Virus record (IMG/VR): IMGVR_UViG_3300035492_000030
Location: 1 to 64,000 of that record
Length of the DNA: 64,000 bases
From: a virus
Reading direction: 5' to 3' (one strand)
A program made the translations under genes and the position numbers. The stretch's first letter is position 1; every line of letters starts with the position of its first letter. The notes under the pieces are model-generated. The model was not told the origin of the DNA. It saw only the letters and a list, made by a program, of their open reading frames with translations, and did no database searches. This document shows positions 40,393-50,061 of this stretch, in pieces.

Positions 40393-42210
40393 GTGACAAA
40401 TCTTACAGAAAATAGCGTATGGGAAAGTGGAATCTATCAACTAGAAACAGATGATCCTACCCTCGGCGGTCCTCCCGGTTTTAATCTTGGTGAGCCAGTA
40501 ACGGGACATGCTAATGCTCAAGCCCAGCAACTAGCTAATAGAACCTCTTATCTAAAAAATACACATGAAGTTTTTGTTTCTGATCTCGCCAACGCAACCG
40601 ACCCGGCGAAGGGGGCGGGGTTAGTTGGGTGGAACCGTGGAACCGTGCATAGTGAGTCCCGCGACTTGGGTGAAAAAGCTAGAACAGAGCAACGATCTGT
40701 TCTCGACTTCATCCCGAAATCGCAGCACTCGGCAATCCTGGGTGGCACTTCTACGTGGGACGCTTCTGCCGCCGTCAACTACGCAATCAGAGAATTGGGC
40801 GGTGGCGAGATCTTAATCCCTAAAGGAGTCAGGCTTGCCATCGCTGCGCCTATAGACATTATCAGGGGCACACTACTGAAAGGTGGTGGTCCTTTCGATG
40901 ACGCGGCCGGAGTCGGTTCCAAGATATACTTGCTACCGGGATCGAACTGCCCCATGCTCCGAACTCCAGCAGCGATCCTTGGAGCATCTGCTGCGACCCA
41001 TTTCATGGGACTGGAGAATCTACTTTTCGACGGCAACAAATCCGGTCAGACGGTTGAAAGTGAAGCTGTCCAGTTCCACGGGGTATGGGTTGGTAGTTGG
41101 TTGCGCAATATAGCAATCCACAATGCGCTTGGGTCCGCGCTCACTCTACAGGCAGGCAGCGACCTAGAGATTGATCACCTATGGATTCTCGGTACTCAGT
41201 CCGAGTCTGGTTATGCGTTTGACACGAACAAGGATATTGCTACAGGTGCGCAAGGTCTACTGAATATCAATCACATGTACGTCGAGAATACCAGCAACAA
41301 GGCTGGTGGCGCACCGCGCACGGTTGAAGCTGATCGGGGGAAAAACATCCGACTGCACCGCCTGGTTACGTGCAATATCAACGAGGTGCACACCGAGGGT
41401 GCTTTGAGGCCGATAGACCTTGAGGCCAACCATTTAGTACGTATCGGCAAGGTTTCTGCGGCTTTCTGCGGAGTCGCTGCTGAAGCGGACAGCGCCATCG
41501 TGCGCAACGTCGGAAACGGGAATAGATCAATATCCATCGGGGCAATGGAGTCTTATCGGCACGCAGATGGAACTAAGTTCGTCGGACTATCGGCAGGAAC
41601 AACGTCGAACAACTTCCAAGAACTCCCTATGGAGAATCCAACCGTCCCATATGTTGGCGGGTATACGGCGGTCAATGCTGATGGCTACGGAACGCAACGC
41701 CAAGCGCCGACGATCTTCTCCCGCTCCGGTGGCGTCCAAGCCGTAGGGGGCGCAGCAACATCTACTTGGCGTTTCTACAATTCCACATTGGGATCAAGTC
41801 ACTATCTCAAGCAGAACGGGCAAACTCTTTCCATTGGATCGAATTGGCTTCAACCAAGCTCCGCTGACAAGAACTTCATCGACATTTTTAGTTCAGGTAA
41901 TGCGGGTGACAGGGTAGACATCAACGTCCCGTTCCGACTTCCAGCAAGATCTTCTGCAAACACAATTGCAGCCACGGCAATGTGGCGTTGCGATACAAAT
42001 GTCGGCTTTGGTGTTGGTCCAGTGTACCAACGATCCGTAGGGTCTAATGCTGACGCAGACACTATAGCGACAGTTAGAAGGGGATCAGGTGCTCCTACTA
42101 TTTCTGCAGATTATATCGGCCAGCAATATGTGGACATCACGAACAGGGCTGGCTACATGGCGGTTAACTTTGGCACAGGCGCGACCGACTGGAAGCAAGT
42201 AACTGCATGA
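40393..42210 (+). CDS. Tail fibre/tailspike with conserved N-terminal anchor and GC-rich beta-helix-like (depolymerase-type) body
   Basis: 605 aa, GTG start with GGAGAAATAA RBS. N-terminus SVWESGIYQLETDDPTLGGP...ANAQAQQLANRTSYLKN is a common tail-fibre N-terminal block. GGGEILIPKGVRLAIAAPIDI fits a pectate-lyase-type start. GC content rises sharply from about 40575. Confidence 0.7.
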   Translation: MTNLTENSVWESGIYQLETDDPTLGGPPGFNLGEPVTGHANAQAQQLANRTSYLKNTHEVFVSDLANATDPAKGAGLVGWNRGTVHSESRDLGEKARTEQRSVLDFIPKSQHSAILGGTSTWDASAAVNYAIRELGGGEILIPKGVRLAIAAPIDIIRGTLLKGGGPFDDAAGVGSKIYLLPGSNCPMLRTPAAILGASAATHFMGLENLLFDGNKSGQTVESEAVQFHGVWVGSWLRNIAIHNALGSALTLQAGSDLEIDHLWILGTQSESGYAFDTNKDIATGAQGLLNINHMYVENTSNKAGGAPRTVEADRGKNIRLHRLVTCNINEVHTEGALRPIDLEANHLVRIGKVSAAFCGVAAEADSAIVRNVGNGNRSISIGAMESYRHADGTKFVGLSAGTTSNNFQELPMENPTVPYVGGYTAVNADGYGTQRQAPTIFSRSGGVQAVGGAATSTWRFYNSTLGSSHYLKQNGQTLSIGSNWLQPSSADKNFIDIFSSGNAGDRVDINVPFRLPARSSANTIAATAMWRCDTNVGFGVGPVYQRSVGSNADADTIATVRRGSGAPTISADYIGQQYVDITNRAGYMAVNFGTGATDWKQVTA

Positions 42211-42252
42211 TGCCGGCACCTGACTTGGAGTCAGGTCTCTCCACCCTCTAAG

Positions 42253-42277
42253 GCCCCGCACTGCGGGGCTTTTTCTT
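42253..42277 (+). terminator. Rho-independent terminator
   Basis: GCCCCGC-act-GCGGGGC followed by TTTTTCTT. Confidence 0.75.
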
Positions 42278-42490
42278 GGGCTGACCAGGCCTCGGGCGCC
42301 CATCGGGCGCATCAGCCACCGGCAATCCGCCATCTGTCGTGACGCCATACTGGCCCGCAACGACCATTGCGGGTTTATTGTTAGAATGTCAGCACAATAC
42401 AACTGGACTCGACCATGCTAGACCTTCGTGGTATCAGGATTGACATAAAAGCTATCAGTGATTCTGTAGGGTATAATTTACACCGAGATA

Positions 42491-42520
42491 TTGACAAATA
42501 GAAGTAATATTTGCTAATAT
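42491..42520 (+). promoter_or_regulatory. sigma70-type promoter upstream of the HEG/terminase genes
   Basis: TTGACA-18-TAATAT. Confidence 0.55.
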
Positions 42521-42611
42521 ATGTTTTATTGACTCGTTGTGAAACGCTCCGCTTTATTTGAAAGACACGTCGAGATGACGCTCAGTTTCTTAGATTTATA
42601 GGAGACTGAAT

Positions 42612-43526
42612 ATGATAGAAGATAGGCCGAAGGGATTTGTTGATTACACAGGGTTTAAAACTGGTAAAGTAACAGTCCTTGAATTCCACTCTTGGCATGT
42701 TCAACCAAGTGGTCAACGAAAGTCTAAATGGCTTTGTCAGTGTGACTGCGGAAACAAGTTTGTTGCTCTTGGATACAACATTAAGAAAGAAGGTCATACT
42801 ACTTCTTGTGGTTGTGAAAAGAAAGTAACAATTAAAAAGTTTTGGGCAAAAGTAAATTCAGGTGAATGGGTTCCAGAGAAACTTATTGGTGAAAGATTTG
42901 GTAGGCTTTTTGTAAATGGATTCAGTCATTGGCATGAAAGCGAATCACAAAGAACATCCGTATGGGATTGCACTTGTGACTGCGGTAATACAGTGAAGAT
43001 GCGACGTCCATATCTAATGAGTAATGAAGTTTCAAGCTGTGGTTGTTATAAATCAGAAATTCTTTCCGCACTGCAAACAAAACACGGGATGCATGGAACA
43101 CCTACTCATAAATCTTGGACGAAGATGAAAGAGCGGTGCCTATCAGAGTACTATAAAGAGAAAGAGTATTATCAAGACAGAGGTATTACAATCTGTCAAG
43201 AATGGATTGACTCTTTTGAAGCGTTTTATGCAGACATGGGCGAACGACCAGAGGGAACTTCTTTAGATAGGATTGACCCTAATAAAGGTTACTATAAAGA
43301 AAATTGTCGATGGTCTGATCTTACTATCCAAGCGTACAATCGCAGGATGAACACCAATAACACATCAGGTAGGACTGGCGTCTATCAACTTAAAAACGGC
43401 AACTGGCAAGCAATTATTGTCCACTATAAAGAAAGAATCACATTAGCATATGATGTTTCCTATGAGGAGGCTTGTAAAGCGAGAGAAGAAGGAGAGTTGA
43501 AATACTATGGCTGGACAAAACAATGA
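42612..43526 (+). CDS. Homing endonuclease (degenerate HNH plus AP2-like), paralog of 28574..29296
   Basis: Two CxCDCGN...SCGC repeats, GERPEGTSLDRIDPNKGYYKENCRWSD, NTSGRTGVY...WQAII (AP2-like). Its 3' end overlaps the terminase start. Confidence 0.65.
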   Translation: MIEDRPKGFVDYTGFKTGKVTVLEFHSWHVQPSGQRKSKWLCQCDCGNKFVALGYNIKKEGHTTSCGCEKKVTIKKFWAKVNSGEWVPEKLIGERFGRLFVNGFSHWHESESQRTSVWDCTCDCGNTVKMRRPYLMSNEVSSCGCYKSEILSALQTKHGMHGTPTHKSWTKMKERCLSEYYKEKEYYQDRGITICQEWIDSFEAFYADMGERPEGTSLDRIDPNKGYYKENCRWSDLTIQAYNRRMNTNNTSGRTGVYQLKNGNWQAIIVHYKERITLAYDVSYEEACKAREEGELKYYGWTKQ

Positions 43527-45030
43527 AAATATAATTGGACCTCAGTCAAAATTTCAGCAGGACTACTTGGCTTCAGATGCTAGGATTCTGGTAGCGGGGG
43601 GTGCAGCCGGCTCATCGAAGAGTCACATAGGCCTTATGAGACATTTGAGATGGATGGATGATCCACTCTATCGCGGTTTCTGTATCCGTAAAAACTCAAC
43701 TGCTATTATGAAAAGCGGCGGTCTTTTTGACGCCGCTGTTCACTTATATTCTCAAGTTGATGATATTAAGATTAAGATGAAGGACCAGCGTATCGTGTTC
43801 TCATCAGGAGCTTCAGTGTCATTTTCGCACTATGAAAATGATAAAGCCGGTCAGCTATATCATGGTCTAGAACTTAGTAATGTGTTCTATGACGAGTGTA
43901 CACACGCATCAGAAAGTCATATTTGGTGGCTTATTTCTCGCCTAAGAACTAAAGCTAACATGGACCCTTCAATCTGGCTTTCATGCAACCCTGATCCTGA
44001 TAGTTTTTTATTCGATTGGGTTAAATGGTGGTTATACCCAGAAGGCCATGAAAAACATGGATTGCCTGACCCAGAAAAGAACGGAAAAGTTCGTTGGATT
44101 CTTCGTAGAGAAGGAGTTATGTTTTGGGGTGACTCTAAGGAAGAAATGATTATCAAATATGGTAATCCAAACCTTCCAATGGATCATCCAAAACAAGTTA
44201 AACCTCTGAGTTTTCAAGTTGTTCTTGGTACAATTTACGATAATCCGTGGCTAATAGAAAATCAACCCGAATACTTGGCTTCACTTGAAGCACTTCCCGA
44301 TGTTGAGAGAAGAAGACTTCTACTTGGTGATTGGACAGCTCGTGAATCTGCTTCAACATTCTTCTCCAGAAGCTGGGTAAAAGAGACAGTCGAAGAGCCT
44401 CCGCAATCTGAAATTGTAAAAACTGTTCGTGTTTATGACTTCGCTGGAACGCTCAAATCAGATTCAAACCCTTCCCCGGATTACTTTGCAACAGTTAAAA
44501 TGAGTAAATTAAAATCTGGCGAATACTTTGTACATGATGTACAGAGAACCAGACTTAGGTTTGGTGACTGGAAAGAATTTATTCTCCGAAATGCTTATTC
44601 TGACGGACCTAAAGTTGATGTTGTGCTTCCTGTTGACCCTAACCCAGCAGCTAAAGCCGCTACAACAATTCTGTCGCGTGAGATTGCTGAAGAGGGGTTT
44701 TATGTGCGCACTGTTAAAAGTAGCACAAGTAAACTCGATAGATTTAGGCCATTCTCATCATTGGCAATGAATGGTAGCGTAGTGTTCCTTAAAAATTGTG
44801 GAACAGACTACGAGAATAAAATCTATAGCGACTTAGGATTTGTATATAAAGAGCTTGAAGGTTTTACTGGCCAGCGCCGTGGAGGAGAATCGGGTCATGA
44901 CGATATTGTCGACTGTCTGTCCGACTGTGTACATATTCTAGCTCAAAAAGTTACAATCCCGAACTTCTTAGGTGGACTTCAGTCAGCAAGCTCATCTCTA
45001 ACAACATCTAACCCATTCGTAAGGAACTGA
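43507..45030 (+). CDS. terL: Terminase large subunit
   Basis: Walker A VAGGAAGSSKSH, Walker B NVFYDECTH, C-terminal nuclease-like VRVYDFAGT...HDDIVD. Upstream of the portal gene. Confidence 0.8.
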   Translation: MAGQNNENIIGPQSKFQQDYLASDARILVAGGAAGSSKSHIGLMRHLRWMDDPLYRGFCIRKNSTAIMKSGGLFDAAVHLYSQVDDIKIKMKDQRIVFSSGASVSFSHYENDKAGQLYHGLELSNVFYDECTHASESHIWWLISRLRTKANMDPSIWLSCNPDPDSFLFDWVKWWLYPEGHEKHGLPDPEKNGKVRWILRREGVMFWGDSKEEMIIKYGNPNLPMDHPKQVKPLSFQVVLGTIYDNPWLIENQPEYLASLEALPDVERRRLLLGDWTARESASTFFSRSWVKETVEEPPQSEIVKTVRVYDFAGTLKSDSNPSPDYFATVKMSKLKSGEYFVHDVQRTRLRFGDWKEFILRNAYSDGPKVDVVLPVDPNPAAKAATTILSREIAEEGFYVRTVKSSTSKLDRFRPFSSLAMNGSVVFLKNCGTDYENKIYSDLGFVYKELEGFTGQRRGGESGHDDIVDCLSDCVHILAQKVTIPNFLGGLQSASSSLTTSNPFVRN

Positions 45031-45098
45031 GGGATGGGGGTTAAATTATTAATTACCCTATTCGTAAGAAATTAAATTTCGCCAAAGGAGCGTAATAC

Positions 45099-46568
45099 AT
45101 GGCAGAAGAAAATACGCTAACCCAAGGCGTAGAAAGCACTATCCCACGATTAAAACTTGGGCAAACTTCTTATAACGGCCTTTGGACACTAGGTGGTAAT
45201 GTCTTTGAAGACTGCCAACAGGAGCTAAGGTGGCCTCACGCAATCCACACATACAAGAAGATGGCAAAGGATGCTACTATTGCTCCCGCTCTAAATCTTG
45301 TAGAAATGGCAATTGCTCGTGTACCTTGGACTGTTAAGATTCCAGAAGGTTATGAAGACCAACTAAAAGATAAAGCTGAATTCCTTCGTCAATGCATGAA
45401 TGATATGGAACATTCTTGGGGTGCTTTCATTCGTCAATGCGTTACATTCAATCGTTACGGATTCTCTGTCCATGAGAAAGTGTATCGGAGGCGACTGAAA
45501 CAGAAAGGAAGTAAATACAATGATGGATTGATTGGCATTCAATCCCTGCCGATCATTGCTCAAGACACCATTGATTCTTGGGACTGGGATGATGAAGGGC
45601 GTAAGCTCACTGGCCTGTATCAGCTTGTTGTTAAGCCAACGGGGAAAGATAAAGTACAATACATTGGTATTTCCGATGATGTATTTATCCCTAGGAAGAA
45701 GTTTCTACATTTCCGTAATCAGCCAATTAAAGATGACCCCTGCGGACAATCGCCATTGGCAAATTGCTGGTGGGCTTGGAAGTTTAAGACTGCGTTGGAA
45801 GAACAAGAGGCTATGGGTATTAGCTCTGATCTTCGTGGTCTGCGTGTTCTTTATATCCCGCCTCGTTACATGGCAGAAGATGCTTCTCCTGAAGACAAGG
45901 CTGTTTATGAAGAATATAAAAAGATCATGCGTAATATTCACATGAATGAGCAGAGTGGTCTTATTCTTCCGCAGGTATTGGATGAGCAAGGTGAACAGTA
46001 TTTTAAGTTTGATGTAATCTCTATTACTGGCCAAAAGGCACATGACGTTCACGCTGTAATCAATCGTTATAAAAATGAGATTATCAGTTCTCTGATGGCT
46101 TCTCAACTTGTTCTTGGTCAAGATGGGGGAGGTTCTTTTAGCCTCGCTGAAAGCCTACAAGGTATTTCAGATATGGCTGTTGAGTCCAAGTTAATTGAGA
46201 TTCAAGAACAGCTTAATCATGACCTTGTACCTCAGCTATTTTCACTAAATGGTTGGAGCACAGAAGTTCTCCCATACTTTGAATTTGGTCGAGTTAAAGA
46301 CACTGATCTCGATGTTCTGTCGAAGTATGTGCAACGTGTTGCAAGCGTTGGCCTCCTTCCGAAGACTCCAGATGTTGTCAACTATCTCACTGAAGAAATG
46401 GGTGTGCCTGCTCAATTCGCCCCAGATGAAGACCAGATGGAAATGGATGCACTGATGACTGGTGCAACTAGCAGGGCTGGTGATGGACTTTCAACACCGG
46501 GAGAGGGTACGTCAACAAGTGTGATTGGTGCAGACGATGCTTCTGCTGGAAATATGGAGAATAGTTGA
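45099..46568 (+). CDS. Portal protein
   Basis: 489-aa ORF between terminase and prohead protease. Acidic/Gly-rich C-terminus. Assigned by position and size. Confidence 0.65.
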   Translation: MAEENTLTQGVESTIPRLKLGQTSYNGLWTLGGNVFEDCQQELRWPHAIHTYKKMAKDATIAPALNLVEMAIARVPWTVKIPEGYEDQLKDKAEFLRQCMNDMEHSWGAFIRQCVTFNRYGFSVHEKVYRRRLKQKGSKYNDGLIGIQSLPIIAQDTIDSWDWDDEGRKLTGLYQLVVKPTGKDKVQYIGISDDVFIPRKKFLHFRNQPIKDDPCGQSPLANCWWAWKFKTALEEQEAMGISSDLRGLRVLYIPPRYMAEDASPEDKAVYEEYKKIMRNIHMNEQSGLILPQVLDEQGEQYFKFDVISITGQKAHDVHAVINRYKNEIISSLMASQLVLGQDGGGSFSLAESLQGISDMAVESKLIEIQEQLNHDLVPQLFSLNGWSTEVLPYFEFGRVKDTDLDVLSKYVQRVASVGLLPKTPDVVNYLTEEMGVPAQFAPDEDQMEMDALMTGATSRAGDGLSTPGEGTSTSVIGADDASAGNMENS

Positions 46569-47581
46569 TGCCTTGGTCAAAAAATGATGTGCCGGCGGCA
46601 GCCAAAAACCTAAAAGGGAAAGCTCTTGAAATCTTTGTAGCGGCTGCTAATGCAGCCCTCAAAGAATATGATGGTGATGAAGGTAGAGCTATTGCCACAG
46701 GGTTGGCTGCTGCTAAGAAAGAAAAAGAGAAAATTAAGAAAGCTGAATACACCAGAAACGAAGATGGTACTATTGAATATCGTGGGGAGAAATACCCCGG
46801 CTTCAATAAGCCAAAGAAAGATTCTGGTGATAAACAAGGTAAAGTTCTTGTAAAGCGTGGTGATAAAATTAAGGTTGTTCGCTTTGGCGATCCATCTCTT
46901 TCCGACAACGGCAGTGTAGAAGCTAACGATGCTTTCTATGCTCGTTTCGGTGGTCAAGATGGTATGGATGATCCTTTCTCCCCTTTGTATTGGTCGGCTC
47001 GTTGGCTTTGGCCTCGGGGTAAGATGAAGGGTAAAGGTCCAAAGGAATTCTTTTCTATAAATAAATCAAAAAGTATTTCAGAAATATTGACAGAAAAAAT
47101 TAATTCTGTTATTATTAAATATTTCGGGAGTACAGAAAAAGAAGAGATTCCTACCGAAGTAATTAAAACATCAGAAGAGATGGTGTCATATGAAGTCGTA
47201 TATGAACCATTCATTAAAGATGCTCATGGTCAATGGATGAGTGATACCACTCTACAGAAAGCTTGTGAGAATTTCAACGAGAATCTGAAGAAAGGTGTTG
47301 TTCAACCAAACCTATTCCACCTAGAAAATACCAAAGCATTCACCATTGAAGATTCTTGGATTCAGAAAGAACTTGATGTAGTTGTTGAAGCTACAGGTGA
47401 AAAGATCAAAGCCGGTACTTGGATTTGTAAACTCAAATATCATGACAATGACCTCTGGACTCTGAAGAAGGCTGGGGTGGTTGGTGGTGTGAGTATTGGT
47501 GCTCGGGGTAATGTTAATCACGAAACAGGTGAAATTACCAATGTAACTTTTGATGGAGACTCTGATGACTCTAGTAATTAA
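46568..47581 (+). CDS. Prohead protease (XkdF-like) with N-terminal ChaB-like domain
   Basis: N-terminus WSKNDVPAAAKNLKGKALEIFVAAANAAL (ChaB-like). C-terminus VYEPFIKDAHGQWMS...FHLEN...GTWICKLKYHDNDLWTLKKAGVVGGVSIGARG resembles the XkdF family. Confidence 0.6.
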   Translation: MPWSKNDVPAAAKNLKGKALEIFVAAANAALKEYDGDEGRAIATGLAAAKKEKEKIKKAEYTRNEDGTIEYRGEKYPGFNKPKKDSGDKQGKVLVKRGDKIKVVRFGDPSLSDNGSVEANDAFYARFGGQDGMDDPFSPLYWSARWLWPRGKMKGKGPKEFFSINKSKSISEILTEKINSVIIKYFGSTEKEEIPTEVIKTSEEMVSYEVVYEPFIKDAHGQWMSDTTLQKACENFNENLKKGVVQPNLFHLENTKAFTIEDSWIQKELDVVVEATGEKIKAGTWICKLKYHDNDLWTLKKAGVVGGVSIGARGNVNHETGEITNVTFDGDSDDSSN

Positions 47582-48518
47582 AACATCTGGAGAACAAGAG
47601 AGTTCTCCACATCTCGCTATCACTCACGCCGCTCAAGGCTTTAGCGCAAACAACCGTCATGTATCTCTGCTAATGAAGTCAGTAGACGAACTGAGTGATG
47701 AAGTAAAACAACAAGTTATTAAAGCTCTTGAAAATCTTGGTATTAAAGATTCTTCTGAGATTAATAAAGCTGCATTCTATAGTCAGATGCGTAATGCTAT
47801 GCAAGAGGCAGTGAAAGAGAAGTTTGGCGATGATAAAGAATGGATTTATGTAGAAGACTTCAACGATGAAGTTGTTGTGTTCTGCAATGAGAAAGGACTC
47901 TACATCGTCAACTACACGTCGAATCCAGATGGTTCTGTTGAACTGGAAGATTTGGCTACTCCAGCTACAAGTAACATTGTCTATGTTCCGCAAGAAGGCA
48001 AGATGCTGCTGTCGGAAGATGCTGAGGACAAGCTGGAAGAGGGTGTCTACTCCCTGATGAAATCGTGCGTAGAGTCTTCTACCACAGTTGAGCATCTGCA
48101 AAAGATGTTTGAACATAAACATAATGAGGAAATTATCTTGCAAGAAGAAATCCAAAAAGCTGTAGCTGAGGTAGAAACTCTGCTGAAAGCACAAGTAGCT
48201 GATCTTACTGAAAAACTAGAGAAGGCTCAAGCTAAAGTTGCTGAATATGAGCAAGCTGAAAAAGAAGCTGTTGAGAAAGCACGCAAAGATGCTATTGCTT
48301 CTGTTGAGAAAGATGAAGCTAAAGCAGAAGAACTTTTCAAATCGCTTGAAGCTCTTTCACAAGACGCATTTGATGTTGTAATTAAGAGTCTGAAAGCTAA
48401 AGAAGAAAAGCTGGAAGATTCCGACCTGTTTGTTCAAAAGAGCAAAAACTCTGACGTTGAACACGAAGAAGTTAATGGCACTGCTGCCATCCTAAAAGCC
48501 AAATACGCACAACAATAA
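47550..48518 (+). CDS. Scaffolding protein
   Basis: 322-aa ORF, E/K/A-rich coiled coil (KLEKAQAKVAEYEQAEKEAVEKARKDA), between protease and capsid genes. Start codon uncertain. Confidence 0.6.
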   Translation: MMETLMTLVIKTSGEQESSPHLAITHAAQGFSANNRHVSLLMKSVDELSDEVKQQVIKALENLGIKDSSEINKAAFYSQMRNAMQEAVKEKFGDDKEWIYVEDFNDEVVVFCNEKGLYIVNYTSNPDGSVELEDLATPATSNIVYVPQEGKMLLSEDAEDKLEEGVYSLMKSCVESSTTVEHLQKMFEHKHNEEIILQEEIQKAVAEVETLLKAQVADLTEKLEKAQAKVAEYEQAEKEAVEKARKDAIASVEKDEAKAEELFKSLEALSQDAFDVVIKSLKAKEEKLEDSDLFVQKSKNSDVEHEEVNGTAAILKAKYAQQ

Positions 48519-48539
48519 TAAAATCTGGAGAATTAAAAT

Positions 48540-48938
48540 ATGACTATCGTTGCTCAAGATACCGCTCGTCTTTCTAATCTTGTCAAGCATGAACTGTGGC
48601 CTGAAACTGGTTACTGCCGTAAAGTTGTCACTGTGAACGAAGCTGCTGAAGCAACCTACGCAGTAGGCACTGTCCTCGGTAAAGTAACTGCCGATGGTAA
48701 GTACAAGATTGCCGTTCAAACCGCTATTGATGGTAGTGAAATTGCTGATGCTGTTGTTCTCGGTGATTATACCATCGCTGCTGCCACTGACACTCAAGTT
48801 CTTGTTCTAGTTAAAGGTCCAGCCGAAGTTAGCCAAGACGCTCTGGTTCTGGATGCCACCTATGACCAAGATGCTGAGAAAGCTGCTGTCTACGCTGCTC
48901 TTGAAGCCAAAGGCATCAACGTCCTCACCACTGTATAA
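48540..48938 (+). CDS. Head decoration protein
   Basis: 132-aa Ala/Val/Thr-rich ORF directly upstream of the E-type major capsid gene. AVGTVLGKVTADGKYKIA fits decoration-protein families. Confidence 0.55.
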   Translation: MTIVAQDTARLSNLVKHELWPETGYCRKVVTVNEAAEATYAVGTVLGKVTADGKYKIAVQTAIDGSEIADAVVLGDYTIAAATDTQVLVLVKGPAEVSQDALVLDATYDQDAEKAAVYAALEAKGINVLTTV

Positions 48939-48975
48939 GATAATTAACAATAATAACTAAAGGAAATATTTGACT

Positions 48976-49995
48976 ATGGCTATCATTCGTTCTCTCAGCA
49001 ATCCTTTTGAAATTCAGGATTGGACTCAAGAGCTACTTGTTGTTCCTAACATCTACGGTAAAGTTCAACAAATGGGTCTGTTCGACGTTGAATCTGTTGC
49101 TACCCACACTGTTACTTTCGAGCAAATCAACCAGTCTCTAGGTCTGATCGGTGACAAAGTTCGTGGTGAGCGTAACAACGTCTCCAAAGATTATACCCGC
49201 CTGCTCCGTGCATACGCAATCCCCCACTTCCCGCTAGACGATGCAATCAAACCTGAAGACATTCAAGGTAAGAGTGCTTATGGTGGTAGCGGTGCTGGTG
49301 TACCAGAAGTTCTAGACCAAGTTCGTGCTCGTAAACTGGAGCGTATTCGTCGTTCCCATGCACAAACTCTGGAAGTTGCTCGTATGAAGGCTCTGACCAC
49401 TGGCGACATCTATGCTCCTAACGGCACTGTCGCTGGTAACTTCTACACCGACTTCAGCGTCTCCCGTAAAGAAGTTGACTTCGACATGGATACCGGCACT
49501 ACTGAAGTGCAGCTGAAGATTGAAGAAGTTGTTGCCCACATTCAAGACAACCTGTTCACTGGTGATGTTGCCACTGAAATCGTTGCTCTGTGTTCTCCGG
49601 GCTTCTTCAACCGTCTAATTACCCATCCGACTGTAAAAACTGCTTATCAGTATTACACCTCCACTCAAGAGCCTCTGCGTAACCGTCTGGGCACTGGTCT
49701 TGATCGTGAGTTCGTGTTTGGTGGTGTTCGCTTCATGGAGTATCGCGCTACTGTTGCTGGCAGCCCTCTGGTTCCTGCTAACGATGCCTACTTCTTCCCG
49801 CTGGGTACTTTCGATGTGTTCAAAACCTACTTTGGCCCAGCCAACCGTTTCGACACTGTGAACACCCTCGGTATGGAAGCCTACATGTTTGAGTTCCGTA
49901 ATCAAACCGACACCGAGATTCAGCTCCAGTCTGAATCCAACTTCATCAACATTATCCGTCGTCCACAAGTTGTTGTACGTGGTTACACTGGTTAA
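48976..49995 (+). CDS. Major capsid protein (lambda gpE-like)
   Basis: 339 aa from the ATG at 48976. High-expression codon usage. Followed by a strong terminator. The N-terminal block IRSLSNPFEIQDWTQEL.VVPN..G.....GLF matches the recalled gpE-family layout. Confidence 0.75.
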   Translation: MAIIRSLSNPFEIQDWTQELLVVPNIYGKVQQMGLFDVESVATHTVTFEQINQSLGLIGDKVRGERNNVSKDYTRLLRAYAIPHFPLDDAIKPEDIQGKSAYGGSGAGVPEVLDQVRARKLERIRRSHAQTLEVARMKALTTGDIYAPNGTVAGNFYTDFSVSRKEVDFDMDTGTTEVQLKIEEVVAHIQDNLFTGDVATEIVALCSPGFFNRLITHPTVKTAYQYYTSTQEPLRNRLGTGLDREFVFGGVRFMEYRATVAGSPLVPANDAYFFPLGTFDVFKTYFGPANRFDTVNTLGMEAYMFEFRNQTDTEIQLQSESNFINIIRRPQVVVRGYTG

Positions 49996-50007
49996 TGATT
50001 GATTCGT

Positions 50008-50047
50008 AGGGAGGGGGAGGGACAATTCCCTCTCCTCCTTATTTTTA
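50008..50047 (+). terminator. Rho-independent terminator after the capsid gene
   Basis: GGGAGGGGGAGGG-acaatt-CCCTCTCCTCC followed by TTATTTTT. Confidence 0.7.
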
Positions 50048-50061
50048 CATAAGGAGTCCCT

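Noticed and set aside
42215-42240. tRNA-Pro-like anticodon arm (CCTGA-CTTGGAG-TCAGG) after the tailspike stop, considered as a tRNA or att fragment
   Set aside because: No T-arm or acceptor follows. The next hairpin is a plain terminator. It is best read as an 8-bp hairpin with a 3-nt loop.
40548-42402. Several antisense or alternative-frame ORFs within the GC-rich tailspike region (e.g. 40779..41039, 41271..41537, 42085..42402)
   Set aside because: High GC suppresses stop codons. The products are Arg/Pro/Ala-rich, overlap the 605-aa ORF, and lack translation signals.
46468-46957. Minus-strand ORFs 46468..46908 and 46610..46957
   Set aside because: They are antisense to the portal/protease junction in the late operon, with low-complexity composition and no signals.
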